NCBI GenBank assembly: GCA_012295275.1
Contig: CM022674.1
Coordinates: forward strand, 3,162,001-3,226,000
Origin: Chrysomallon squamiferum
Taxonomy: Eukaryota; Animalia; Mollusca
Direction of reading: 5' to 3'
DNA length: 64,000 bases
A program made the translations under genes and the position numbers. This document shows, in pieces, positions 1-15,370 of the stretch (position 1 is its first letter; the number at the start of each line of letters is the position of its first letter). The notes beneath the pieces are model-generated. The model did no database searches, was not told the DNA's origin, and saw nothing but the letters and a program-made list of their open reading frames with translations.

Positions 1-203
1 GATAGTTTATAAGCATAAATGTTTGTATATGTTTATTATACAGCTGTATGTGAATAAGTATGTGTGTTTGCACATTATAAATATATATATATATATATAT
101 ATATAACAAACACACAAACACACATACGTATTCACATACATATATATATATAATCTTGTAAAACGAAATTTTAAAATCATATTACTGTGGCGACTTTTTA
201 TAT

Positions 204-258
<55 letters not shown>

Positions 259-803
259 TTTTTTATTTATTGTTTTATTGTTTTATTGCTTTTTGTTTTA
301 TTTACTGAAACTGAAGCATCAGTATATATTGCCTGATAAGTCCACAATGAAAACGTTTGGTCAAATTTTGTTTGTTGTGTTTTTCTTGTCTGGATGATTT
401 GTTGGTCTTGTTTTGTTTTTATTTGTTTCTTTGTTTCTGTTTTATAAAGAAAAAGATCAAAGAAAACGTTTTCTACCATTTTTATATTACTTTACTTCAA
501 AATAAAAATCAGAGAGTTTAATTGCTTTCGTCCTCTCTAGCTATTCAGATCTTTTACTCCGATTGTTATTTACATGTTAACTCTTTATCTGTTACAGTTA
601 TTACTAAGATTTACCTGCATTGCAGAATTTATAAATTGTTTTTTTAAAAAAAAAATTCAGAGCGTACAAAATAAATGTTTAAAATGTCCCAGGTGAGTGC
701 ACGTTCTGAAATGAAATCATTTGATTTCGTTATTAATCTATTTTTATTTTAAGTCTACGACGTGTTGACTTAGGTCCTTCTCAAATCTTTCATTACGTCA
801 TTT

Positions 804-853
<50 letters not shown>

Positions 854-2420
854 GATGATGATTATGATGATACAGGTGCACTTCTGATAATGTAATAAAT
901 AATGCAGATGGAAATTATTATGAAGATTATGATTATGTGTTGATGATTTAAATAAAGTTATCTTCCCAGATTTTGTCAGTCTGTTTAGAGTATTTTGCAT
1001 TTACTGTTACTGTCTTATTTATTTATTTTTGTCGCTGAAGAAAATTTTGTCATCAAATCTATGCACAAATACAGAAAAGATGAAAATGATTCTTCGTCTC
1101 ATAAACTGGTAATGATTGGCAACACATCCAGTATCTTTCCTCTGACACATAGATAATTCAGAATAAGAACTACTCCATTTTTAATTTACTGTCACTTTTA
1201 TCATTATCATACTTTTTTTTTTTTTTTTCGTTAACACCAGTTTGGCATCAACAATAATTTAAACTTTCACACGGAAATAAATATACAATCCTTCCGATAA
1301 CCCCGAAACCGTAAAATCCAAAACACTGATTTAAACATCCAATATCCTTTTCCCCTTTTAACGTACAGATAGATACTTCAGCATCGGAAGATTTACAATC
1401 ACTTACCGCGAAATAAAATAAAATAATAACAACAATAATAAATTTCAGGTGTTGCTTTCCTTTGTGAGCAAGGGCAGTTTCAACCGATAACCATCTTGTC
1501 AAGTTTTTCACGTCTTTTAAAAGAGTTTTGACTGTTAATCAGAATTTCCCAACCCATTGGCAAACAAAAATAAAATATTTCTGTGACAACGGTGGAGTGA
1601 TAAGCGTGTAAAAATCTCACTTGAAGACTGGGAATTAACGTCGAAAACGGACACATAACACGTCCTGAACAAACACATGCCTTTGTCAGAAACCGCACGA
1701 TCAAACGAAACCGCTGAAAGTTTCGACCGGGCAGAGTAGTGTGTATGTGTGTGTGTGTTTGTCGTAGGATTTACGTTGATCGTATCAAAGATAGTAATAA
1801 TATATGAATGTTAGTTAGTACCCCGATAAATCACAGGTGGGCTGAGACGATTAAAATAATGTGTGAAGGAATTCGGAGCCCTTCGAGAGAGTTTTCCTTT
1901 TATGTATACGTGTTTGTTATTTTTAATTTACATGTTAGTGTACATATTTTCATGCATGTAGACAGATGTATATATTAAGCTCACAGACACATAAACAGAC
2001 AGACAAACAGACAGACTTGCAGAGAGAGAGAGACAAGCTATTGTACGCTAAATTAATACATATCAAGCAATGTGGGAATTATTAAATTATATATTATTTA
2101 GTTTGTTAGCTGGCTAATTCATTAGGTCTTTATTTAGTTATTGTAATCATTTGTTTATTTGTTTTATCATTTATCTGTTTGTCGATCTATCTGTCTCTAT
2201 GGTTTTATTTTATTTCATTATTTATCGGTCAGTTAATTTTTGTAAGAGAAATTAAAAAAAAAAAATTAAATTAAAAAAAATAAAAAAAAAAAAAAAAAAT
2301 TAGAAGAGAGAGAAATAAATAAATAAAATTTATAAAAAATGAACTGGAAAATGTTTTGGTTATTGATTTTAATGTTGTTTGGTTATCGCAAATCTAAACA
2401 ATAATTATTCTCATTTTAAT

Positions 2421-2452
<32 letters not shown>

Positions 2453-3116
2453 AAAAAGAAGAAAGAAGAAGAAAATGAAGAAAGAAAGAAAACAAGAAAA
2501 GAGAAAAAGAAATAAGACTTTATGACAGTCATAATGAAAATGCAGAATCATTTAAACTTTAAAATAATAATAAAAATTATCATCATCATCATCATCGTTA
2601 TTATTATTATTCCCATTAATTATTGTTGTTGTTATTGTTATTATCGTTGTTGTTGTTGTTATTGCTGGTGTTGTTATTATTATGATTATTATTATTTATT
2701 AGTGTTGTTGTTGTTGTTGATTATTTTTACTTGTATATCTAGATTGTACATATTTATTTACAATAAAGATACCGAATGGTTGAAAACTAATTATTATTAA
2801 ATAAATGAATAAATAACACACAGTTTAGAGGCACCTAACGACGGTACTTCTAACTTACAACATCGTTTAAAGTCACGTGGCATATAGCACATTGCGAGAT
2901 TTTATTTAAACAGAGTCACAAGAGTTATCTCCCCTCACTAGATCGCCAATGAAATGTTCCGTTAACTCAGTCTGTATAATTATTAGATCGGTTTGTAAAA
3001 TTATCAGAGTTATTTCCCATTACTTAATTTCAGTGGGTATAGTACAAACCTTTCTATGAGTTTGGATGGATAGATAGATGGAAAAACTGTTAGAGAGAGA
3101 CAGATACATATGCAGA

Positions 3117-3196
<80 letters not shown>

Positions 3197-4104
3197 TCAG
3201 TAAATATACAGTTTCTAAAAAGCTGATGAATTTAATTTTCGGGTAAACATTTTTAAAACATATTTCACTATTAACAGTTATTTTGCACTGTACGAGAATA
3301 TTGTATGGAACGAAAATAGTGAGACATTGATTCGGTTACTAGAAAAGCTGCATTGAGTCTCGTACATAATTTTCATAGACTAAAAAGAAATATCAACAAT
3401 ATTCAATTAACCATTAAACTGTATCAAGCCGGAATGAGTAAATAGTCACGTGAGCACACTGGCACAGCTATTAATCACTGTTCAGATCAGAATCATAATA
3501 ACTAATAAAGACAGCCAGATATCCTAGTTTTCCACTCATGATAGGTAAATTTCTAGAGAAAAAATATATATATTTTTTGGCTGTTTATCTACATCAAAAC
3601 AGATATCAGGTTTATTTATTTATTTATTTTTATTATTATTATTACCTTAACTGAGCTTCATATATCACTAAAATCCATCAAAAACCTGTGCTAAACCTGA
3701 ATTCCACCTGATTTCCAAACACTGATAGCTATAAACATTATTAATTTTATTTATTTATTTATTTATTTATTTTTATACTTGTTAATAGGTACATTTAAAA
3801 CATCTCTTGCTCTTAACGTGCAAGAATAGCTACAGTGAATTTTTCTCTCTCATACGATCACCGTACAAATAATAGAAATTATGACATACTGACAGCTGTT
3901 TGTAATATCCATTCAGTCGATATCTTAGCTGGGCAGCTACTACTTAATGACAGGAACCCTAGATTGTCCTCAGTGAGAGTAACTGGCCTTTTGTCTTATT
4001 ATTATCTGTATGGTTATTAACTTAAGCTGACACCATATTGTTCAAGTAACCGTAGATTAAAAGGTGTTGAGAGTGCCGTTCTTTGCTCTCATAACCATAG
4101 TCGG

Positions 4105-4246
4105 AAAGACAGACAGACAGACAGAGAGAGAGACAGACGGACAAAGACAGACAGAGAGACAGATGGACAGACAGAAAGACAGACAGAGAGACAGATGGAC
4201 AGACAGAAAGGAATATAGATATATAGATAGATATACACAGACACAC

Positions 4247-4309
<63 letters not shown>

Positions 4310-4450
4310 GAGACAGACATACAGACGGACGGACGGACAGACAGACAGATAGATAGACGGAAAGAAAGACAGACAGATAGGAAGATAGATATGTAGATAA
4401 ATATACACACATACACATACACATAGATAGATGGACAGACAGACAGATAG
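4105..4450. repeat. Compound (AGAC)n/(AGAT)n microsatellite
   Basis: Direct reading. It is the source of the SVCL/IYLS pseudo-ORFs. Confidence 0.95.
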
Positions 4451-5968
4451 ATTATACAGACAGACAAGCAGTCAGAAAGACAGAATGAAAAATAAGTCAA
4501 AGTTCAAATAAATCTTAGATTTATAAAAAAATACAAATATCTTGTATAATGCCGTGTCACTAACAAACGTGTTTTAATTATTATTTAAAGTGATAAAACA
4601 AAAAAACAAAAATCACTTTTGTTAGTAGACATCCACTAAGTCTGGATCTTCACTCGAATCCAAGCAACGAAGTCACATAAACCATTTACCCACATCACCT
4701 AAACAAGTTCGCATAGAGAGAGAGAAACCAAGACTGCAGTAATCGCTTGACCAATGAACTAACCTGCCTCTCACTCACAAACACACGCGTTTTTTTTTTT
4801 CCCCCATAGCAGCACATTACGTCCCGACGGACGCATCAGACACACCCGCATTAAATCCTTTAATGACAACCCGGGGGGGGGGGATGGACGATGGATAAAT
4901 ACGATCAGATAAGAAGATTATCTCATGCACCCCGTATACGAGTGGCCTGCGGACGGCACTTGAACGTAACACGAAGAAAAAAAATTCAGCGTAATGACGG
5001 ATCGAACAACTAAGCAGTTACGTACGAGGAATAAAAGCCCTCCTATTCAAACACAGAACCAAGACACAAGACTGACTTGCTCGAGTATTGTCCCAGTCGT
5101 AATTGCCCAGCTTTGCTTTTGGCCTCGGAAGCTTGTTGAGATCTTTTATCATTCCGGCAAAGAATCGAGTCGAGCGCGAACTTAATTACAAATGGCGGCG
5201 GAAGCCATAACGATGAGAAGGCGCACGTGATGCCATCTACAGTGACGTAACTTCCTCTTTGTTTTCCCCGTTCAATGGCCGCGCTAATGTAGCGGTTAGA
5301 GTTTCGTACACGCCCTAATCAGCAAAATCGCGGTTGATTGTTCCGGTGCGTGCGTTTCGTTAAGAAATCCACGCAAAGCTTTGGTGGGTGGGCTTCTGAA
5401 AAAAAAAAAACATTGTGTCTCGTGCTAAACACGTGCCTCAATTCTCTCGTTTCTGTGAATGTTTAAAAAAAAACAATACAACAACGAAAAGAAATCTACT
5501 TTCTTTTCAGAACAGAGGATTTTAAATTTATTTTAGTTCCTTCTTTGTTTTTGATCTGTCATCTATTTGTTTTTGTTGTTTGTTTTATTTATTTTTTTTT
5601 TCTGTTCTTTCGTTTTTTTTTTCTTCTGTCTGTTTTCACTCTCTTTGACAACGGGTCAGGAATGTATTTCATAACAGAAGTAGGAATATGTAAAGTTATT
5701 ATGGTTATCATCGTCGTAGCTGTAGTAGTATAGTAATTGTCGTTGTGCTTGTTGAATAGTTTTAATGCGATCACACTTTCAAGTTTATAATTAATCGAGT
5801 TTTATATAAGAATCGGGTATTTTTTATCAGGTATTTTATTTTTGTTATCTGAATTTGTTATGTTCTTACGTTCCTTTCCAATTGCTTACAATAAACATAT
5901 GAGTTTACACAGTGAATACTACTTTCACTAGGCCTAAACTGATACAGCGAGAGAGAGAGAGAGAGAGA

Positions 5969-6057
<89 letters not shown>

Positions 6058-6169
6058 CGACTGAGAGACAAAGTGACTGCTAAATTCTAGCATTGTTAAT
6101 GTATGTAAAAGAAGCAATCACAAGAAATGATGATGTTAAAACTCAAGCTGTAATAATAACAATAATAAC

Positions 6170-6204
<35 letters not shown>

Positions 6205-6412
6205 CTAAAACTAAAACAAACTCAGTTTTACTTACTGAAAAGATACGGTTAAGTCGATTATAACATGATAGTTGATATCAAAGATTTTGTTTTTCAGGTC
6301 ATCTGGTTGCGTCTCCAGAAAAAATTCTTAATAATATATCACATCACTGGGAAAAACCAGGTAAACATCCCGTTATTATCTCTGTGACACAAGCACGCTT
6401 GAGTGATCACAG

Positions 6413-6458
<46 letters not shown>

Positions 6459-6739
6459 ACAGACAGACAGACAGACACAGAGAAAGTCATAAAACACTCA
6501 CACAGACAACATTCTAGTCTGCGCTGCTAATATTTATGAATGACGTCATATCATTGTTGACGTAATAGTATAGACGTCAAATGAATAAATAATAAATGTT
6601 AGTATCAAACTTTAAACTTTAATTTGCATATTGCCCGTCGTTACTGTATTTGTTAAAATAGGAAACTGTTAACGCAGGTTAGAAATAAAAAAAATAAAAC
6701 TATAAATAACAAAAGAAAGAAATAAGGAAAATAATAACA

Positions 6740-6746
6740 AACAAAG

Positions 6747-6782
<36 letters not shown>

Positions 6783-6841
6783 AAAATCGAAATAGCAACA
6801 ATGAATGAAACATTGAGAATAAATGAATAAGAGAGAGAGAA

Positions 6842-6874
<33 letters not shown>

Positions 6875-7085
6875 ACAACGAGAGAGAGAAAAGAAATAGA
6901 GAGAGAGAGGTAACAACGAGAAAATAAATAAATACATAAACAATAATAATAATAATAATAATAATAACAACAACAACAACAACAATGACAAAATCTAAAT
7001 AGCAACAACGAATGAGATACTGAGAATGAGTGAATGAGAGAGAGAGAAAGAGAGAAAGAGAGACAGAGAGAAACAGAGAGGGAGA
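6740..7085. repeat. Degenerate tandem duplication, ~207-bp period
   Basis: aaaatc.aaatagcaacaa.gaatga.a.a.tgagaat.a.tgaat..gagagag at ~6783 and ~6990. Confidence 0.65.
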
Positions 7086-7882
7086 GAGCGACCAAAAAGG
7101 GGGTAATTACAAACTAAGAGTTCCCTTGAAACTAATGATGTTGACATTGTCACTTTGCTACAGGTGTCGCTAACGCTGTTTAGGTAACAAGGCTGTCGTA
7201 ACACGTCGCACCGCCCACTTCCGTTCCGTGAGAGCGCGTTCGATTCGCGGCCGCTCTGCGGTAGTTCTGGCAGTGATTTGGTTATCCAACCTCTTAGCAG
7301 TTCTTGAAGCAAGCTCTTGAGTGTCAGCCTGATGGATTTTCCACACAACAATGAAACACTCGAAACTCCTGGATGAGTCTCCTTTACAACGGTCCCTCTC
7401 CGACCCCTTAGGGGGCGGTGATCTAATGTGAGAGGGAGGGGGGTTTGACACAACGAAAGATATACAGCCAGCTCGTGGGAAATGGCCATTATCGGAAAAT
7501 TAGTGATTAAAAAAAAAAAAAAAAAAAAAAAACCTGCCAAACATTTACGGAGTGGGATGGATATTCAGGTGTTCTCGGTTATAATGTTGGTTCGCTGTGT
7601 GTGTGTTTACCATTGGCAACGACGTCTGTTGTTTAGGATGAGGAGACGTCGTTCTGGTTCTACTTTTTTCGATTTTTCTTTTTTTTAATGGTTATTTCTG
7701 TGACATGTTGGAGTGTGTCTCCCCTCCAGGGTGTCATGGAAGTGTAAAATGTTGGAGGATATTTTGTTCGTGATAAATTAGAATGTCAACCCGCACACGT
7801 AGATTTCACCAGTGAAAAACAAAACAAAAAAACCCTAAAAATTAGAATGAGGAACTCTGAGAGAGATATATCGGAAAATCTC

Positions 7883-7942
<60 letters not shown>

Positions 7943-10109
7943 TGTGTGTCTCTGTATGTGCGTGTATGTGTGTTTGTCTTATGTGTGACAAATGTTGGTG
8001 TCGATAATGATGATGATGATAATGGTGATGATGATGGTGATGATGACAATGAAGATATGAAGCTAAACATGATATTTATATCAGTTAGAGAATTCTGCTC
8101 TGTCTTCCAGCTCCTGATATTAAACGTTCCTTCATGAAGAAAGTTTGCTTAACGACATTTTTCTTAATACATTTTTATACAGAAATTTTCGTTTTTATTA
8201 GCAATACATAAAAGTCCTAGTCTGCGCTAAATAAGCAATGTTTTCAACCACAGTTAACACAGATAACTCACAGATTACGGCGATATTACACTTTCTCTTT
8301 TTTTCCCTTTCTGTTCGTGTTTTTAAATCTTCTTCTTTATTTTTTTTTTTTTTTTTTAAAATTATTTGTTTATATTTATTTTTTGTTTGTTTGTTCTCTG
8401 TTGTTTCTTTTGTACTCCTTTTTTTCACTATTGTTACTTTTTTTTTTTTCTTTTTTTCGATTTATTGTTGTTCTTTTGAAAAGAGACTATAATAAGTATA
8501 CACATACTCGTTTTCGTTATTTTATAAATGAAACGTCACTTTGGTCATTGTTCTTGCTTTTTTAATTATTACCGTTTACCTCTTTCTATTTTTATTTCTA
8601 TTTTATTTTACTTTATTTTTATTTTTATTTTATTTTATTTTTTATTTTTATTTCTATTTATTTTATTTTTTCTTATATTTCTTTTACATATAATTTTATA
8701 CAAGAATTCGGTTTATTTAAATGTCTTTAAAGTTATTTCTTTTACTTTACATTAATTTTATTTCAGTTACTATTCCTTAATATTAGTATAATAACAGTAG
8801 CAATAAATAATAATAATAATAACAGTAATAATAATAATAATAATAATCACTACTTCTACTACTGCTTATCATTATCATCATCACCATCATCATCATCTCA
8901 CCATCATCATTATCATCACCATCATCATTACTGTAAACCATTCCTGTTATTAAATATAATTTATTTAGAAATTCAGTGTTTAAGCGACGATATCGTTTTC
9001 TCTTCTATTCGTTAATTTAGACGAAACTACAAACAAAGATGAGAAAAAATGGCGAGATCTGAGAGACAATTATTTTTTTAGAGTGAATATTTCCTAATGC
9101 TGACTCCCAGTTGTTGTTTATCTGTCATCAAATGCGTGTCCCCGGAACATTAGAAACACAATTAGAATTCATTTACACGCCAAACCAGCTGCACGAGGCG
9201 CCAGTATCACCAAACAATCAGCCAATTAGAGATCGTGTTATTTCAACGGATATATTCCCAATTCGGTTTTCAAAGGGAAAAAAATGTTTTTCCCCGACAA
9301 AACTAATTATAAAGAAAAACGTTTTGATCAGTGAGAATTCTCACCAGTCAGGTGAAGGAAACGATCCCATAAAGTTCATCCCACTGTAAACCAAACTGAC
9401 CAACGGTCAGATCTGGACAATGGGCAGTAATGTCCGCTTAATGTACGGGCTTGGTCCAGCCAAGACAGGACCTTTTTGTCCTCTTAAAAAAAAAAAAAAA
9501 AAAAAAATCTAATCATTAGAATGTATCTTTAATTGTCCATCCCTCGGGTTTTTTTTTTTTGTTCAGGGTAAGATTCACAAAGATATGTACCCGCTGGACA
9601 TAAATTCTGACCCTTGACCATTGGTCATCAGTCAACGCGGTTTTGCTGACCGGTAATAGATTAAAATAGGAATGCCGCGAAAAACACGGTAGATATGGTT
9701 AATGATCATTCCGTTGGACACATCTGATTGATCAAAGTCATAAAACGGTTATCAAGCGGTGATTATGTGATCAAAAGAGAAAGGTGTGTAGCCGTGACTG
9801 GTTATCTCAGAGGTTTTAAGGGAATAAATTTGGTGAAAAAAAAGGTCGTTAATCAAAACATTAAATTTTGAAATCGCGTTGACGTTCAACAACGATAAAT
9901 CATGTTGGATTGGGTTCATGCCGGCGAAAACAAAAAAAAATAATAGAAAAATAAAACACATAATCATGTTCATTTTACAAACACAATGAAGAACAAATAG
10001 AGTTCATCACCTATGTAATCATAAAATTAATATTTTTTTTGGAAAAACATAAAAGCAATCAGTCAAGAATTTGAAACCTGATTTTTGGATCATTTGACCT
10101 GTAATATTT

Positions 10110-10167
<58 letters not shown>

Positions 10168-10214
10168 TGATGATGATGATGACAAGAAAATCAACACCGT
10201 CTCTCTCAATTCAT

Positions 10215-10323
<109 letters not shown>

Positions 10324-10412
10324 TTTATTCACATTAAACGTCCCCGATTAAAAAGTTTCTCAGAAAGAGAGCGAGACTGATTCATCCACACAACAGGTTT
10401 TAACTCTCTCTC

Positions 10413-10499
<87 letters not shown>

Positions 10500-10993
10500 A
10501 AACAGATCACACAGTTTCTCTAAAACGCAAACATGTAAACACAACACTAATTCACGACATCACGTATAGAACGGTGACGCATTACTGTGGTAATATACGA
10601 ATACATCAGAAAAAAAAAAAAAAAAAACGACTGTTGTCACATAGGTAGTAAAACTGCGACGTGTATAGATATATAAATAATCCACGAGTCGAAACTCGCA
10701 ATAGGCAGAGTCGCCCGTAGACGACGTACCCAAATGATCGATCGTAATTACACACATAAATAAATATTTGTGTAGGAAATATTCTCTCTGACTACAGCTC
10801 CAGGCCAACGTTGTAGGTCACCAGATTAATCTTCTTTAGTAGTCCACCTCTTTAGTGTCTCTTTCTCGTTCCAGTCAGTGACCCAAAAACCCCTGACGTG
10901 TTATAGGTCAAAAGTATGTGCTTTTGTATTTGTCTGAAGGGGCATATGAAAGGTCATGTATTGGTAATTGATAAGAGCAATTAATTTTCTTTG

Positions 10994-10994
<1 letters not shown>

Positions 10995-11038
<44 letters not shown>

Positions 11039-11303
11039 GTAATAGTAATATATAGTAGTAATAGTAGTACTACTAATAATAATAATAACGACAACAACAA
11101 AGACAGTTACAGCAACAACAGCAACAATAGTAATAGTTGTAGTAGTAGTAGTGGTAATAGTAGTTGTTGTTGTTATAATAATAATAGCGACAACAATAAT
11201 TACAGTAACAGCAACAACAGCAACGATAATAATAACAATAGTAGTACTGGTAGTTGTTGTTGTTGCTGCTGCTGTTGTTTTTATAATAATAATAATAGTA
11301 GTA

Positions 11304-11356
<53 letters not shown>

Positions 11357-11450
11357 AAGAAGAAGAAGAAAAAGAAGAAGAAGAAGAAGAAGAAGAAGAA
11401 GAAGAAGAAGACGAAGAAGAAGAAGAAGAATAAGAAGATGATGTTGCTGA
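10995..11450. repeat. Compound trinucleotide microsatellite (AAT/AGT/AAC/AAG)n
   Basis: Direct reading. Confidence 0.95.
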
Positions 11451-12400
11451 TGATGACTGATAGAAACTATACTTAGCACATAATCGCAGATTACTAATTT
11501 TGCTGTTCTGACATGCTGTTAAGTAAATATAACTGTTATTAACATGGGAGAATTTAAACGAACGATTCGAGAAATAACAAATAAACAATTATCTTTAACA
11601 ATCTGTTTCCGAATCGACTTATGGAAATAGAAATAAAATAAATATTCATTATATGGCATTTGACAAGGAAAACGACTTAGACTCGAATTGCAAATCAAAC
11701 AGAATGAAATTGACTTCGTCAAAAGGAAGAATTTAGACAGCACGAAAGATCGGGTGTTAAACATAGAGGAATTTATGAAATAGAATCAAATAACTCCATT
11801 AAAATTTTAACAAAACGATGTATTAGAAATTTTGGAAATGAATCGAATGCCATCTCCCAAAAAGGGTGGAATTTACAGAAAAACAAAAGTAAGACGAGTG
11901 CAAGGTCACGCTGACAGGTCACCACGTCTGTCACTTAACACGAGCAGACGTCAAAAGTCAAAAACGCAAACACAAAACGTCGAGTTTGGTTACTTAAAAA
12001 AAAAAAAAAAATATTTGTCATCAATACGATGGACAAACTTCACATTTTTTTTTTTTGACAGCCTTGTCCCCACTGACACGAACAAATGAGTCGAACCTAT
12101 TGATTTGCTAGTGTTATAAGCGACTTGACGTTGTGTCACCATGGTGGCACGTCGAACGGGATTAATAAAAGCTACAAAGAAAGACAACTCTTCATAGCGC
12201 GCACAAGCGTTCACTTTTTGACGGCTGATCTATCTGGTTTTCATTTGCGAAGACACTCGAACAAATGGGTTTGATCAATGGAGTTTTAAAAATATTTATT
12301 TAGAAAGCCAGCACTACGCAAATCATAAGTGAGACAATATGAAACATTCCAAAATGTCAACTGTTTCTTTTCTGACACGACAAAGAAAGCAAATAATATG

Positions 12401-12506
<106 letters not shown>

Positions 12507-14128
12507 TAATAATAATAATAATATTAATAATAATAATAATAGTAGTAGTAGTAGTTGTTGTTGTTGTTGTAACAATAGTAGTAGATGTAGTATTAGTATT
12601 AGTAATAGAAGGAGAAGAAGAAACTTTCAAACAGCGGCAACAGTAATAGTAGAGATATAATAGAAACAACAACAACAACAACAATAACAGAATTATAATA
12701 ATAAGAAGAAGAACTAGAATTACTAATATTATTTTGAGGACACCAGAAAACACATCCTTCCAATTAACTCTTTAGTAGTCTTTATTAGCGAATAAACTTT
12801 ACTAATAATAAAGAATGATCTAATGTAACAGGTAAATAAAATAAAACAAAGTGTACGACTGGGTGGTGATTGGTGATCTGAAAGGTTTAAGTCATTCGTG
12901 TCATATTAGAGAAATATAAACATAATTTAGTGTACACGCATGCACACACGCACACACGCAGACAAACACACACAGAAACATATATTCAAATTTCAATGAC
13001 CTAAAAAAAAAATTAAAAAAAAAAAAAATTAAAAAGTACTCTTTTCAAACTAACAGGTTGTCATACACATTTTATTAACCTCTTTCTAACCTGACGCGAT
13101 TTCTGTTATTTCTGATGTGGCACGTTTGTTTATAGCTCACGTAGGTTTCTTTTTTTCCCCTTACAAACACATACAGATGGGAAAAGCTGGCCTTACTGAC
13201 AGAATCCCTGATTGCCGGAGTTAGTAGAATTTCTCCAGCGGTCGCGGGGATCAAATTCCTCCACCTCGACATCTACACGAACCGGCAGAGGGCACGCCTC
13301 GCTCAGAGGTCAAAGGGTAATTGTCTGCACGTGCCCAAAGAACGGTAAGTAGGACCGTTCGCGTGGGAAAGTTCGCGCTTGAAACAAAACCCACCTTTGT
13401 TTTCAGTCGTCAAGCTGTCATGGGTGTTACCTTTTTAGCGTTCGCTTTTCAAGATGTTTGACGGAAAAATAGAACGTGTCTGTTTGTTTCTGCATCGACT
13501 GGGTTTCCGTAATAGGAAGCTGAAGGGGAAATATGCTGGTGTGTAATTATGTTGTTTTAAATACGCCACCTTATAATAATGACAGTAATAAGAAATTAAA
13601 ACACGAAAATGGCCGTTTGTTTAATAAACCGCAAAGCGAAGCGACGTATAGGCGCGTTTGAGGGCGTGTTCATTCTCTTGAGCAGTCAGCATAAAACAAA
13701 CAAATTAATATTAAATAAAATTAATAATTAAAAAGAAAAGATCCCAAGTGTGTCTGTAGTATCCTCAATATCCTTATTTAATAAATAAAAAATAAAAATA
13801 AATAAATATTAATTTTATTTTTTTAAATATGTTTATAATTTCATTTATGTGCTGTAAAAACATCACCAATCAAAACCCTTTCGTTGAAATGACATACATA
13901 ACTGTGTTTGTTTTCAATTCTAAGTCAATTGCCACTGAATCATCACCGAGATAATTCTTTAGTACAAACGAAAAGTAAATTGTAGTATTTTGAACCTTAT
14001 ATTAAATAAAATGACTCATGTTATTAGATGTTTCCTACCTAACAATAATATGTAAGACAGATATCGCAGCAACATCATCTTGGTATTCAAGATAAGTGTG
14101 CATTTGTGTGTGCGCACGCGCGCGTGTT

Positions 14129-14174
<46 letters not shown>

Positions 14175-14401
14175 GTGTGTGTGTGTGTGTGTGTACGCGC
14201 GTGTCTCTATATCAGATTTAATTAAACGTTTTTCTAAATACGATGATCAACGTGTCGGTCAATTTCAATAAACCAAACAAAATTTTTTTCGTTTTTAATA
14301 AAATTACAAATAGATAGAGATGTAGATATATATATATATATATAAAGTATCTGTGTGTATGTGACAGAGACTTTATACACACACACACATGCGCAAGCGC
14401 G

Positions 14402-14441
<40 letters not shown>

Positions 14442-14739
14442 AACGCAGGCGCTCTATAACCATTACAAATTACCCATTCAGTCAAACGTTTTATTTTTAT
14501 TTTTATTTTTATTTATTTTTTTTAAACCACGTGCTTCCCCACTATTAAACCACAAATATTAATAAACTGGCGTGCGGTAATGATTTAACCTTTGAACATC
14601 AAAGAAGGAAAAAAAAAAAAAAAAAACACGTGTTCTCCTTCGCTTTCTTCTTCATTCTGCACTTATATACGCATATCACGTACTAAAATGTCACTAATCT
14701 GTCATCAAGACCAAGAACGCTAAAGTTCAACGTTTATCA

Positions 14740-15318
14740 AACCACCTGTTTTCTCACGCCAACAAAACTCGCGTCTCGCGCAAAAAAAAAAAAAAAAATT
14801 CGCAACCGTGCATACATATGACAAGACTGTGTGTAAATAAACCTTGTGTACTTATCCGCTCTCGAGATCTTTCCTATATATAACCGTTTGTCGCGCTTTT
14901 CGAAACCGGTGCGCGGCGATCGGAAGGCGGGAAATTCCCACAGAATCGAAAGGAAACCGGGGAGGCGTCTTGTCGCGTGGCTTAAGTGTATCGTATAAAG
15001 TCTGCGTCGGGTGATCGACAGAGTGGGCGGAGCTTAAGTCGGCCGCCTTTCTGGCAGGTTTTATTTTAATCCAATGAAAAAACAGCGCGCGTTCGACGTA
15101 ACCACCACCCCCGTTGGGGTTTGATTGACGTTTGAGTTTTCGTTTCGGGGCAGGGGGGTGGGGGGGGTTCGTGTGTGTGTGACGTCGTCGCGATTTTTTT
15201 TTTTTTTCTACGTCGGTGGGGGGGGAGAGAAAAGGTCGTTGAGTCGCGTGAATTCCCGAACTCAGTTTTGAGTCTGTCTCAGGCGTAACGGACTACTTAT
15301 TACCTGTTGCAGGACGAG

Positions 15319-15349
<31 letters not shown>

Positions 15350-15370
15350 TTTTCCATTCGCACGAGTTTC
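14740..15370 (+). promoter_or_regulatory. HES-a proximal promoter / 5' UTR region (CpG-rich)
   Basis: CSL sites TTCTCACG 14751 and TTCCCACA 14935; class-C CGCGTG 14974 and 15245; TATAAA 14994; GC box GGGCGGAGC 15025; CCAAT 15071; Inr-like TCAGTT 15262; N-box CACGAG 15361. The TSS is not determined. Confidence 0.6.

Noticed and set aside
6995-7540. 181-aa minus-strand ORF
   Set aside because: It starts and ends in low-complexity runs and has no recognisable domain. The segment is better explained as a CpG-rich regulatory island containing a CSL site.
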